In this document: positions 53,062-62,020 of the stretch, in pieces
Position numbering within the stretch: position 1 is the stretch's first letter
How the letters are laid out: each line of letters begins with the position of its first letter
Assembly: GCA_963823665.1 (NCBI GenBank)
Contig: CAWGMQ010000003.1
Location: forward strand, 1,056,001 to 1,120,000
DNA: 64,000 nucleotides
Reading direction: 5' to 3'
Source of the DNA: an uncultured Planctomycetota bacterium
GTDB taxonomy: Bacteria; Planctomycetota; Planctomycetia; Isosphaerales; Isosphaeraceae
The notes under the pieces: generated by a model
Told to the model about the DNA's origin: nothing
The model's database searches: none
The model's input: the letters and a program-made list of their open reading frames with translations, nothing else
Made by a program: the position numbers and the translations under genes

Positions 53062-54713
53062 GAGGCTGTCATCTTTTGGCCGCGTTGCGGTAACTCGGCC
53101 GTTGGGCCTAGTCGGCTGTGATTCACCGCTTGGTCGCTCGGTTAGTGCCGCCGATTCACGCCAGTTCTCCAATAGCCCAGCCGTTGACGCAAACGCGCTT
53201 TCCTATTTTGTCCCTTTTTTGCAAAGTACCGCTCATTCCGCCAGTTTGCCCATCGCTGGGCGCAGTCTCCCTGCGACAACCAGGTTGTGAGCAATTGCAA
53301 ACAACAATGCGACGGCGCGGCAACGCGGTTGGCCACGCACGGGCATAAACCAGAATCCTCGATTGCGAGCCTGGGCGTTGACCCACTCGGCTGTTTGGCC
53401 TCGCAGCCGGTAGATCAGCTTCGCGGCCTCGGTCCCCATTCGGATCCGCCAAGCGGCAACCGCTTCGCTGTCGCCCTTCTTTGCGGTGTAGGGATCTTCT
53501 CCATTTGCCTGTTTCTTTTTCTCGTCTCTGATCGGCCCGTATACGATGCAGCCGCGTTGGGCCGCCTGATCGATCGAGTCCTTGGTCGTGAAGCCACCGT
53601 CAACCAATGCCTCATCCGGAATTCGTTCGTAACGCTCCTCCAACTGGTCGAGCATGGGCGGAAGTTCTTCGCCATCGTTCCCTGCGTTGGTCACCTCCAC
53701 ACCCACAATCACACCGCTTTCGGTGTCTGTTGTGAATTGAACGTTATATCCCGGCCGGAATCCTCCGTCTGGAAACTTCATGATCCTCGCGTCGGGGTCG
53801 GTGGTCGAAGCACGCGCTTCCCGCCCCTTGCGGCCGTAGGACTCGTCACGTTCGCGTTGCAGCTCCTCGCACTGCCGCATCGCTTCTTCGATCCGTTGCT
53901 GTCGCTTGTTGGCGGCACGCTCCCGCGCCGCTCGCTGCCGTCGAGTCAGCTCTGCTGTGTCCTCCTCGGCCAGTTTCTTCAGCGCCTCAACCTGCTCCTT
54001 CGCCGCTTTCAGGCACTCCTCCAGGCTACCGCGACGACGAAACGAGCTCTTGCCCGCGCTGGCACGCACTCTCATTCCGTCCTGAGCGACCCGGTCCATT
54101 TTCACCAACCCGGCATGGAGCAGGGTGCCCACGATCTGCGTGAGCAGTTCGTTCAACTTCTCGCCCCCACAAGCGAGGAAGTGGGACAACATGCTGTGGT
54201 TGACGGTTACGCCGCCGCACAGCCACTGGTACGGCAGACTCCCTTGGTTCTTTTCGCACAGCCGTTCGATTTCACGGGCGCTGCCGACTCCCTTCAATGT
54301 GGCGAAAACCCGCAATCCGACCAGCAAGCGCGGGTCGGTGGCATCTCGGCCGACATGTCGCTCGACGGCCTTGATCTCGCCGAGCCAGGCTTTCAGATCG
54401 AGCTTGCAGACCGCCGCCCAGACGACCCGGGCCGGATGGTCGGCCTCGAGCAATTCATCGAGCGATGCCCAGCGCATCTCGATCTGGTCGCGTACGGGAC
54501 ACCGCAGCCGCGGCTTGCCAGTTGGCATCGACTGGGCAGCCTGGGCGGGAGAGGGCTGATCGGGCAAGTCTTCTGGGCTAAAGAGAGGAAGTGTCATGAC
54601 GCTCGTCCTGCAACACCGGGGCTGCGTGGGGCTCATGCGGCGGACTACATGCATGGTATTAGAACGTGAACACTATACAAAATCAACCCCAACGCCGAAA
54701 AAATCACAGCCTC
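53062..54713 (-). mobile_element. IS1182 family insertion sequence with terminal inverted repeats and 3-bp target duplication GGA
   Basis: Left end GAGGCTGTCATCTTTT; right end reverse complement GAGGCTGTGATTTTTT; GGA at 53059-53061 and 54714-54716. Confidence 0.88.
53233..54597 (-). CDS. IS1182 family DDE transposase
   Basis: LDELL.ADHPAR, SAREIERL, WLCGG, DGMRVRASA, STTDPDARIM, GYNVQ, VDGGF, YRLR...AE. Confidence 0.92.
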   Translation of the reverse strand: MTLPLFSPEDLPDQPSPAQAAQSMPTGKPRLRCPVRDQIEMRWASLDELLEADHPARVVWAAVCKLDLKAWLGEIKAVERHVGRDATDPRLLVGLRVFATLKGVGSAREIERLCEKNQGSLPYQWLCGGVTVNHSMLSHFLACGGEKLNELLTQIVGTLLHAGLVKMDRVAQDGMRVRASAGKSSFRRRGSLEECLKAAKEQVEALKKLAEEDTAELTRRQRAARERAANKRQQRIEEAMRQCEELQRERDESYGRKGREARASTTDPDARIMKFPDGGFRPGYNVQFTTDTESGVIVGVEVTNAGNDGEELPPMLDQLEERYERIPDEALVDGGFTTKDSIDQAAQRGCIVYGPIRDEKKKQANGEDPYTAKKGDSEAVAAWRIRMGTEAAKLIYRLRGQTAEWVNAQARNRGFWFMPVRGQPRCRAVALLFAIAHNLVVAGRLRPAMGKLAE

Positions 54714-54869
54714 GGAGCGAAGGGCGACAATGGGGCGGCGTTGAGTGAGGCTCGCACAACGCAGGCGGAGGGAAAAGTCCTCAGACGACCCGCCGCCACC
54801 ACCCCAAACTGGATCGGCCTGCGAATATCCCCTTCCCTCACCGCCTGACTTACCGCTTGCCGGTTGAGC

Positions 54870-55115
54870 TTAATCTTCGAGATCCTCAAGCCGCGTGCCT
54901 CGACCTTCGTCGATGCTCTTGCTTGCCGCCTCGAGACGTCGACGGAACCGCGGATCATGCTCGAGGCGATAGTCGAACCAATCGTCTTCGGTTCCAAAAC
55001 CGATCAGAACCCCGGCCGGCTTACCGTGCCGAGTTATTACAATCTCCTCGGTCGCGGCAAGGCGCAGGTACTTTGACAGGTCATCCTTCATTTCCGACAG
55101 TGGGACCGTTTTCAT
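54870..55115 (-). CDS. Phd/YefM family antitoxin
   Basis: MKTVPLSEMKDDLSKYL...IVITRHGKPAGVL. Confidence 0.88.
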   Translation of the reverse strand: MKTVPLSEMKDDLSKYLRLAATEEIVITRHGKPAGVLIGFGTEDDWFDYRLEHDPRFRRRLEAASKSIDEGRGTRLEDLED

Positions 55116-55404
55116 CACGTTCTCCAGCTTGTGCCAGCCATTCACCCGCATTCGATTTTGCGACGATACCGAGGACTCGGACGTTCGCACCCTCGACGCC
55201 GTAAACGACGCGCAGGTCATCAACGCGAAGTCGATACCACGGCCGAGAAATGCCGCGAAGTCGCTTGATCTGGCTCTTGCTGAGCTTGGTCGGCTCATGC
55301 CGCAAGTGGACCTCGATCGCATCGCGCACCTTGCCACGTTCGTATCCGCTCAGGCGGCGCATGTCATCCATGGCTTCCGGCGCAAGAATAATGTCGAACG
55401 GCAT
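55081..55404 (-). CDS. RelE/ParE family toxin
   Basis: IILAPEAMDDMRRL, IKRLRG, YRLRVDDLRVVY. Confidence 0.85.
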   Translation of the reverse strand: MPFDIILAPEAMDDMRRLSGYERGKVRDAIEVHLRHEPTKLSKSQIKRLRGISRPWYRLRVDDLRVVYGVEGANVRVLGIVAKSNAGEWLAQAGERDENGPTVGNEG

Positions 55405-55510
55405 CTGGCTAGATGGTAGCCAAAATCCCGCGTCTGGACAACGGGATTAAACAAAGCTCGCTCGGGCCCCCCGACTCCGGCTTCTGAGCTCAATTGAACA
55501 TACAGGCACA

Positions 55511-57004
55511 CTAGGGCTTCGCGGGACCATCGAGCCGCGGCGCTGTGGCCGTGATTTCTGATGGTGTCGGGGGGTGACTGTCTCTGGCATCGAGCAGATC
55601 GCGGAGGGCCTTGACCAGGACGTCCTCGACTTCCGGCGCCACTCGCGATGGCGTGCCGGTTTCGTAGCCGCCTTGGGGGTAGGCCACTCGGGTGCCGATG
55701 TAGCCTGGGGAGTAGTCGCCGTAGGCGGCCATCGCCACGAAAAGGTCGGGGCGAAGGCGTTGGACAAATAGTTGGTACTCGACGAACAGCTCGCCGGGCA
55801 TGTGCAGGATTCTGGCATTCCCGAGCTGGAGTACGCTCAGGTCGATCGTTTCGCCCTGGCGCCTCCGGCGTGCCCAGGCGAGGTCGACGGCCTGCGCGAA
55901 GGTGGGATGCGCGGCGAATTCGTTGCCGAGCTTGGTCTCATCGAGCCAGGGTGCGACCGGTAGCGCGAGCGGCAGGAGTCGCCAGTGCACGTCCGCTGCC
56001 GTGAGCGGCGTCTTGTGGGCGGCTGAATCAGCCTGTGCTGCGGCCATGCCGTCGGCCAGACGTTGCGCGAGCGCAGGACGGTTTTCAGGCGAACCGTCGT
56101 TGTACTTGCCGGCGGTCACGTTCCCCGAGGCGCCGTTGAAGTGCACGAAAAAGATCCCGGGACCGGCCTGGTCGCGCAGTCGCCGCGCGATGCCGACGAA
56201 ATCGCAGCTTACTCCGCCTTTTGCATAGTGGCTCTGAGGATGCGTGGCGTAGTAACTCAGCACGGCCACGGGTTGGTCGCCGTTCCAGAGACTGATCACC
56301 CGAACGGCAGGGTCGATGATTCCCTCGGGGGCAGCGCGGGCCTCCGGGTCGCGGGTCGCGCTCCAGCGGATGTGGCGGACCATTCCGTCCGGGCCGAGGA
56401 CGCGACGGTTTGAAGCCACATTCTTGACTTCGGCTTTTCCCAGGCCGACGTGGGTGAATAGCTTCGGCTGGTTAAGCGAGCTTTTGATCGCTTGCGCAGC
56501 CCGGGCGAACACGATCTGGTCGAAACCGGGAAGATATCCCCGACCTGGCTGATTCCGCCCGGCCATTAATTCCTCGGCATCGGGGTCGAAGCCAGGTGCG
56601 TCATGCTGATGCAGGCAGTGCACCCCGACTCGATCCGGTGATGTACCCGCAGCATCTGCGAGCGCTTTTCTCCATGCCTTGTGGCCGCTGCCGGAGATTC
56701 CTACCCAATCGACCCCGCACAGGACGATAGGTCGTTCGTCGCTCAAGAAAATGATCCCGCGGCACATGAGCGGGTCATCGATGCGCTTTGCGCTTTCCAC
56801 AGCACCTTCACAAAGCGGCGAGCCGAGAGGCGGTGTCACGTCGAATTCAAAGGTGGCAACTTTCAAGGGCTCGCTGCCGCGCGAGTCAGTGAAGCCTGTC
56901 GCCATGAAAGCCTCGGCAAAGGCTACGAGGGCAAGCCATCGCATGGATCGGCTCCTCGGGAAGTCGTGTTGTGTTGGTTCAGAAAATCGAATCACACGTG
57001 GCAT
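55511..57004 (-). CDS. Conserved planctomycete protein, neutral-ceramidase-like hydrolase (start uncertain)
   Basis: DVTPPLG, HCLHQHDAP, YATHPQS, GASGNV, HMPGELFVEYQL, AAYGD..GYI. Confidence 0.6.
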   Translation of the reverse strand: MPRVIRFSEPTQHDFPRSRSMRWLALVAFAEAFMATGFTDSRGSEPLKVATFEFDVTPPLGSPLCEGAVESAKRIDDPLMCRGIIFLSDERPIVLCGVDWVGISGSGHKAWRKALADAAGTSPDRVGVHCLHQHDAPGFDPDAEELMAGRNQPGRGYLPGFDQIVFARAAQAIKSSLNQPKLFTHVGLGKAEVKNVASNRRVLGPDGMVRHIRWSATRDPEARAAPEGIIDPAVRVISLWNGDQPVAVLSYYATHPQSHYAKGGVSCDFVGIARRLRDQAGPGIFFVHFNGASGNVTAGKYNDGSPENRPALAQRLADGMAAAQADSAAHKTPLTAADVHWRLLPLALPVAPWLDETKLGNEFAAHPTFAQAVDLAWARRRRQGETIDLSVLQLGNARILHMPGELFVEYQLFVQRLRPDLFVAMAAYGDYSPGYIGTRVAYPQGGYETGTPSRVAPEVEDVLVKALRDLLDARDSHPPTPSEITATAPRLDGPAKP

Positions 57005-58089
57005 AAACCGACCAGGTCGCGGATTGCCGCGTGGGCAACCGGAGTGGGGCATGACCAGACCAGAAAAAAGAGGGCTTGCCGCGCCCAGCGCTGCGCGGGC
57101 TCGGCCTTGAGGAAGCCGGTACCCTTCATCACGGCAAGATAAGCTTGAGTCGATCGGAGCACCAGGGTGTTGGCGGCACTGCGGATTTGTGCCGCTGGAG
57201 CAGCACCGGAATCACCGCGAGCCTGGGCCACGAGCTGGCTCCAGAGGGTGTTCCAGGTTTCGCAAAGGAGCTCGAGCGGTTCGTCGAGCTCGCTCGGCGG
57301 AGCGATCCGCGCAAGTGCGGACAGAGCGGCGTGCGCCTGGCCGAGCGCGAGTGCCGACGTCTCCAGCCCCGCGGTACCGACGGCACCCGGTCGTGACAGC
57401 ACGTCAATTGCCGGGCCAGCCAGCAGGTCGGAACCACTGATTTCGACCCCCTCTAGCCCCACTTCGCTCGTGCAGGAAGCCTGGAGCGCTGCCAGTGAAA
57501 GAGGCGGGCGCACCACGACTCCCGGACGGTTCGTGGGCAAGACGACCAGCAGCTTGCGACCGTCAGCCAGCGTGGCTCCGGTGACCAGCACTTGTGCGCG
57601 CTGGGCCGCCGTGACCCAGGGAATGGCGCCATCCATCCGGAAAGACCCGGGATCGGTCTCGACTGCTGTGGCGCCGAGCCGGCGCGATGTTGTCAGGTGC
57701 GAGATGCCGACGGTGGTGAAGGCGCGGCCGGCCGCGATCTCACGCAGCCAGTGCGCGGCGCTCTGATTATTCATCCCGTCCTCGGACAGCCGCCGGACGG
57801 CGGCATCATGCTGCGAGAGGATGAAGACGGCGGTGAGACTTCCGGAGGCGAGCTGGGCGTATCGTTGAACCAGAACGGGTCGTGGGCACGATTCGCCGCC
57901 GAACGCGGCAGGCAGGGACCAGCGCGTCGCGCCGGCGCTCTCAATGAGAGTCCAGAGATCGGCCGGCCATTCGGTCGCCTCATCGGCCTGAGAGTCTGCG
58001 GCGGCGAGCGCGGCGACCAACTCGCCGACGCTTGCCGAACGTGGATCGGGTTCGGTCCAATTCAGCAACTCGCCGGGAGGGCGGCTCAT
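56992..58089 (-). CDS. Acyl-CoA dehydrogenase family protein
   Basis: LPAAFGG, TTVGISHLT, DGAIPWVT, KGTGF...RWARQALFFLVW. Confidence 0.75.
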   Translation of the reverse strand: MSRPPGELLNWTEPDPRSASVGELVAALAAADSQADEATEWPADLWTLIESAGATRWSLPAAFGGESCPRPVLVQRYAQLASGSLTAVFILSQHDAAVRRLSEDGMNNQSAAHWLREIAAGRAFTTVGISHLTTSRRLGATAVETDPGSFRMDGAIPWVTAAQRAQVLVTGATLADGRKLLVVLPTNRPGVVVRPPLSLAALQASCTSEVGLEGVEISGSDLLAGPAIDVLSRPGAVGTAGLETSALALGQAHAALSALARIAPPSELDEPLELLCETWNTLWSQLVAQARGDSGAAPAAQIRSAANTLVLRSTQAYLAVMKGTGFLKAEPAQRWARQALFFLVWSCPTPVAHAAIRDLVGLCHV

Positions 58090-58134
58090 GGATGCTCCAC
58101 CGCGCTGCGCGAAACGGGGGGCGGCGCCGACGCC

Positions 58135-58629
58135 TCAGCCGCCCAGATCGGCCTCGCACAGGACCTCGAACCCCATGTTGTGGAGAGTCACGCTCGCCTG
58201 TTCGACGTTGTCGATGTGCATCGCAACGGCGGGGCGATTTCGCGGATGCACGATCAAGGGGTAGGCGTAGTGGATGTTGATCTCGGCCTGGAGCAAGGCC
58301 ATGCAGAGGTCTGAAAGCGATTGAGGGCCGAGCGGCAGCTCGACAACGATCAGCTCGTTTTCGGCGAACGCATGCTTGTTCAAGACCAGGATTTCACGGC
58401 CTTGCTCGGAATGGCTCAGAATGAGGCGCAGGATCGAGCAATCGGCCGAATCCGAAATGGTCAGACCGAGGATCTTCACGCGCGTTCCCTGGAACGACCG
58501 GTGAACCTCGAGCAACTGGCCCACGCGGTTCTCGAGAAAGACGGAGTACTGGGTCACGGTCGGCCAGCTTCGAGCTTTCAGCGTTTCAAGCTCGACCTCG
58601 CTGCCGCCGTCATCCTCACCATAATTCAT
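58135..58629 (-). CDS. ACT-domain protein
   Basis: QYSVFLENRVGQL, EINIHYAYP tandem ACT pattern. Confidence 0.8.
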   Translation of the reverse strand: MNYGEDDGGSEVELETLKARSWPTVTQYSVFLENRVGQLLEVHRSFQGTRVKILGLTISDSADCSILRLILSHSEQGREILVLNKHAFAENELIVVELPLGPQSLSDLCMALLQAEINIHYAYPLIVHPRNRPAVAMHIDNVEQASVTLHNMGFEVLCEADLGG

Positions 58630-58737
58630 GGGGATCCTCGCGGAACGCGTTCAATCCCGGCGGGAAACGCGATGTTGCGCAACCGTAAGTTTAATGATTC
58701 CAAAACACTCGGGTCAATGGTGAGTGGCCTTGAAACG

Positions 58738-58905
58738 TCAGCTCGTTGGCTTGCTCGACTGCCCTTTCGTATACCGAGGCTGATAAAGCTGCACCTGGAA
58801 GCCACCCGGAACGCGGAAGTGGGTGACCAGACCATACCCGTGGTCGGCGACAGGCTCGGTGAACTCGACGCCACGCGCCTTCAACTCGGCCACCGTCACC
58901 TCGAG
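58738..58905 (-). pseudogene. C-terminal fragment of a VOC/glyoxalase family protein
   Basis: LEVTVAELKARGVEFTEPVADHGYGLVTHFRVPGGFQVQLYQPRY with no matching N-terminus. Confidence 0.6.
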
Positions 58906-59243
58906 AGAAAAGTGGGATCCTGGCGGTTGAATGAGTCTAGCCGCCTGCGGGATGGGCTCCCCTTTTGTCTTTCGCCAAAGTGCGTTGTAGACTCTATCTT
59001 GTGAAGTTCGGTTTCGGTGTGGCGATTCGGCCGATGCCCGCCCGCTTTGCGGCCGAAGATAAAATGAGCGGCGGGCTCGAATAAGCACGCGTTCGACGGC
59101 GTCATCCAATGTGAGAAGATGAGGGAGCGATGCGCCGTGTAGGAATTGAATCACCTCCAAAAGTTTTGGCGGAGATCGAGCCTGTGAGGGTGCGGGAGGA
59201 TCGGCCCTTCGGCGGCGGACCCGTCCAGAAAGGTACAAGCGCA

Positions 59244-60618
59244 ATGCTGGAGCGACACCTTTGTCTGGTCCGTGCCGGGTTGGCCGCGGGCCTTGCGAGC
59301 AGCATCATCTTCTTCGTAGGAGCGACGGCGAGGGCGCAAGCTCCTGGCGCCAAGGATCCTGAGCCATCTTCGGCGCCGGCGGGGCTGGCGACCGAGACGG
59401 TGGACCTCCTCGGCGGCCGAAACGCGGGTGATCTGGATGTGGTCGCGCGGGGGCACGGGCAAGACCGCGTGAAGCTCTCGATCCACAACCGATCGAAGCA
59501 CCGATTGAACGTGATTATTCCGCCTGGTCTGGTGGCCTCAAGTGCGGTTGGCCAGCCGGGCGGCGCGGGCGGCGGCCGCCTCCAGAGCATCGGGCTAGGC
59601 TCGGTCTCGAATCGTGAGGGAGCCTTCGGCGAATTCCACTCGACTTCCTCGGCTGGTGGATTGCAGTCAATTGGTACCAGCAACGAGGCGATCGCGAACC
59701 AGGTGGCGGTGCCGGTCGGTGAAACCGTTGACTTGACCATTCCAGGCGTCTGCCTGAATTACGGCCTTCCAGCCCCGACTCCGCGGAACACATTCCGGCT
59801 GGTCGACGTCAGCGAATACACGACGAACGCCCGAATTCGCAGGGCGCTTCGCAGCCTGGCGACGTATGGAACCAGCCATGGAGTCGCTCAGGCCGTGATG
59901 TGGAACGTATGCAATGAGCTGCCGTTCGAGCAGATGGCCGAGCAGACCGGGAAAGTCATGAACTTTCACGAGATCGCGCTGGCGGCGAGGTTTGTCGACG
60001 CGCTCGACGCCGCAGGCTCGAGCGAGCTGGTCGACCCGGCAAGTCTCTCCCACGCGCGCATCTTCGTCCAGGTGCGAGGACAGGGCGAGCTCAGCACCGA
60101 TGCCAAGCGGCTTGCCGCCGGGCTCGAGGGGCTGCATGTGCTTGGCCTGCCGATTCAAGTGGATGAATCTCAGGAGATGCCGACCGTCGCCGCTCCGGCC
60201 CTCTTCCTGAGCGTGGTGCTCACGGATGCCAAGGTCGGTGAAACGCGTGGCGTAATCGTGGCCAGCTCATGCACGCAGGGTCAGGCGTGGGTGCCGCTCG
60301 GGCAAAGTGTCCTTCCGCGACAATTCTTCGGTTTCCGTTCTGGACGCTTCCACGTTGAGCAAGGTTGTGGACCGTACGGTCGCCTCGAACTTCGTGACGG
60401 TCAAGCCCGCTCGGCGCACCCTGGGCAGCACGACGCTCAAGGTCGAAAACCGGCTCCCCTTCACGATTTCCAACCTGGTCGTCAAAGCCGGTGCTTCATC
60501 AGGATCGCCGTCGGTGCCGTTTTCGGGCGTCGGAGTTGGTCCGGCCCGCTCGGCGCTGCTGCCAATCCAGGCCGCCACCGCCTCGCTTGTCGAGCACGTC
60601 GAGCTGAATGGACTTTGA
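59244..60618 (+). CDS. Secreted hypothetical protein (frameshift near 60305)
   Basis: Signal peptide ending ARA-Q; VCLNYGLPAP motif; continues in ORF 60307-60618. Confidence 0.6.
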
Positions 60619-60796
60619 GGAAAAGGACAGAGGACGGAGGGCGGAGGGCGGAAAATCGAATGCGGAGGGCCTCGATCTTGCGCGATCGAGGCCCTCGGTG
60701 TTTCCATCTCGTGCCGGAATAACGGCTTGCTAGAGCCGGGCACGGCCCGATAGGATGATCTGTGTTTGAGTGATTGCTCTAGCGGGAACGAGATCC

Positions 60797-61075
60797 ATGC
60801 GGCGGGTTTGTCGCCGAGCGCACTTCTCGGGCCGGGTCCAAGGTGTGGGATTTCGGTTCACGTGCCAGTCGCTGGCGCGCGGATACGAAGTCGCGGGCCA
60901 CGTGCGAAACTTGCCTGACGGCGACGTCGAGCTCGTGGCGGAGGGCGAATCGATCGAACTGGACAAATTCTTCGCAGTGATCGAGCTCGAAATGAGCCAT
61001 TACATACAAAATGTGGACATCTGCACCGTATCGGATGACTCCGAGCCGCTATTTGGATTCTCGATTCGCCATTGA
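60797..61075 (+). CDS. acyP: Acylphosphatase
   Basis: [22 protein letters not shown]. Confidence 0.9.
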   Translation: MRRVCRRAHFSGRVQGVGFRFTCQSLARGYEVAGHVRNLPDGDVELVAEGESIELDKFFAVIELEMSHYIQNVDICTVSDDSEPLFGFSIRH

Positions 61076-61184
61076 TCACACACGTCAATCGAACCAAGCA
61101 GCGTATAGATCATAACCGGCACTGATTTCCGGTACCGGAGTTACTGCGCACTATCTCTTCGATTCGGACTAGATCAGCATCATC

Positions 61185-62003
61185 ATGAAATCAATCACCA
61201 TTGCTCTTGCGACGGCCAAAGAAGCGATCCGGCAGCCCGCGTTTTTCGTGATGGCGTTCTTCGCCGGAGCGCTCCTGGTCGTGACGATTTTCGTGTCCTA
61301 CTTCACGTTCGGTGAAGACATCAAGATGTACAAGGACACAGGGCTGACGACGATCTCGTTCTTTTGCATGCTGCTGGCGCTTTTGACGGCGAGCTCGACG
61401 GTTGCGGACGAAATTGAGGGAAAGACGGCGATTACCTTGCTTTCAAAGCCGATCACGCGGCGGCAGTTCATCGTCGGCAAATTCCTGGGGATCGAGCTGG
61501 GGGTGCTGGCGCTCTATGTCCTGCTCGGAGCCTTGTTTGCCGCCGGGGTGTGGTACAAGTTCGCCTACGATACCCGGGAAGCCGGCGGGATAACCGACGA
61601 AGTCAAGAGGTGGGAGCAGGTGATGCAGATCCTGCCGGGGCTGGCGCTGGGATTCTTCGAGGTGACGGTGCTGACGGCGATCAGCGTCGCGATTTCGACG
61701 CGGTTGCCGATGCTGGCGAATCTGGTGGTGTGCATCCTGGTGTTTTTCCTGGGGCATTTGAGCCCGGTTCTGGTTGAGGTAGCCGATCAGAGGCACGTGA
61801 ACGCGCTCGTGGCGTTCATGGCGAAGTTATTCGCATGGGCGCTGCCAGCGCTCGAGTTCTTCAATGCCGGCCCATCGATCTCGACCGGGGCGGTCATTCC
61901 GTGGTTCGGCTATGTATTGCCTGCATTCATCTACTGCGTGTTGTACAGTGGAGCAGCGGTCTTATTGGCCTTTATCTTCTTCGAGGACCGTGACCTGGCC
62001 TGA
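61185..62003 (+). CDS. ABC-2 type transporter permease
   Basis: About six TM helices; EIEGKTAITLLSKPITRRQFIVGKFLG. Confidence 0.8.
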   Translation: MKSITIALATAKEAIRQPAFFVMAFFAGALLVVTIFVSYFTFGEDIKMYKDTGLTTISFFCMLLALLTASSTVADEIEGKTAITLLSKPITRRQFIVGKFLGIELGVLALYVLLGALFAAGVWYKFAYDTREAGGITDEVKRWEQVMQILPGLALGFFEVTVLTAISVAISTRLPMLANLVVCILVFFLGHLSPVLVEVADQRHVNALVAFMAKLFAWALPALEFFNAGPSISTGAVIPWFGYVLPAFIYCVLYSGAAVLLAFIFFEDRDLA

Positions 62004-62020
62004 CGAAGGGGATTGTGCGC

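Noticed and set aside
53287..54669. 460-aa ORF antisense to the transposase, and other long antisense ORFs in the track
   Set aside because: Shadow ORFs expected in high-GC DNA; no recognisable motifs
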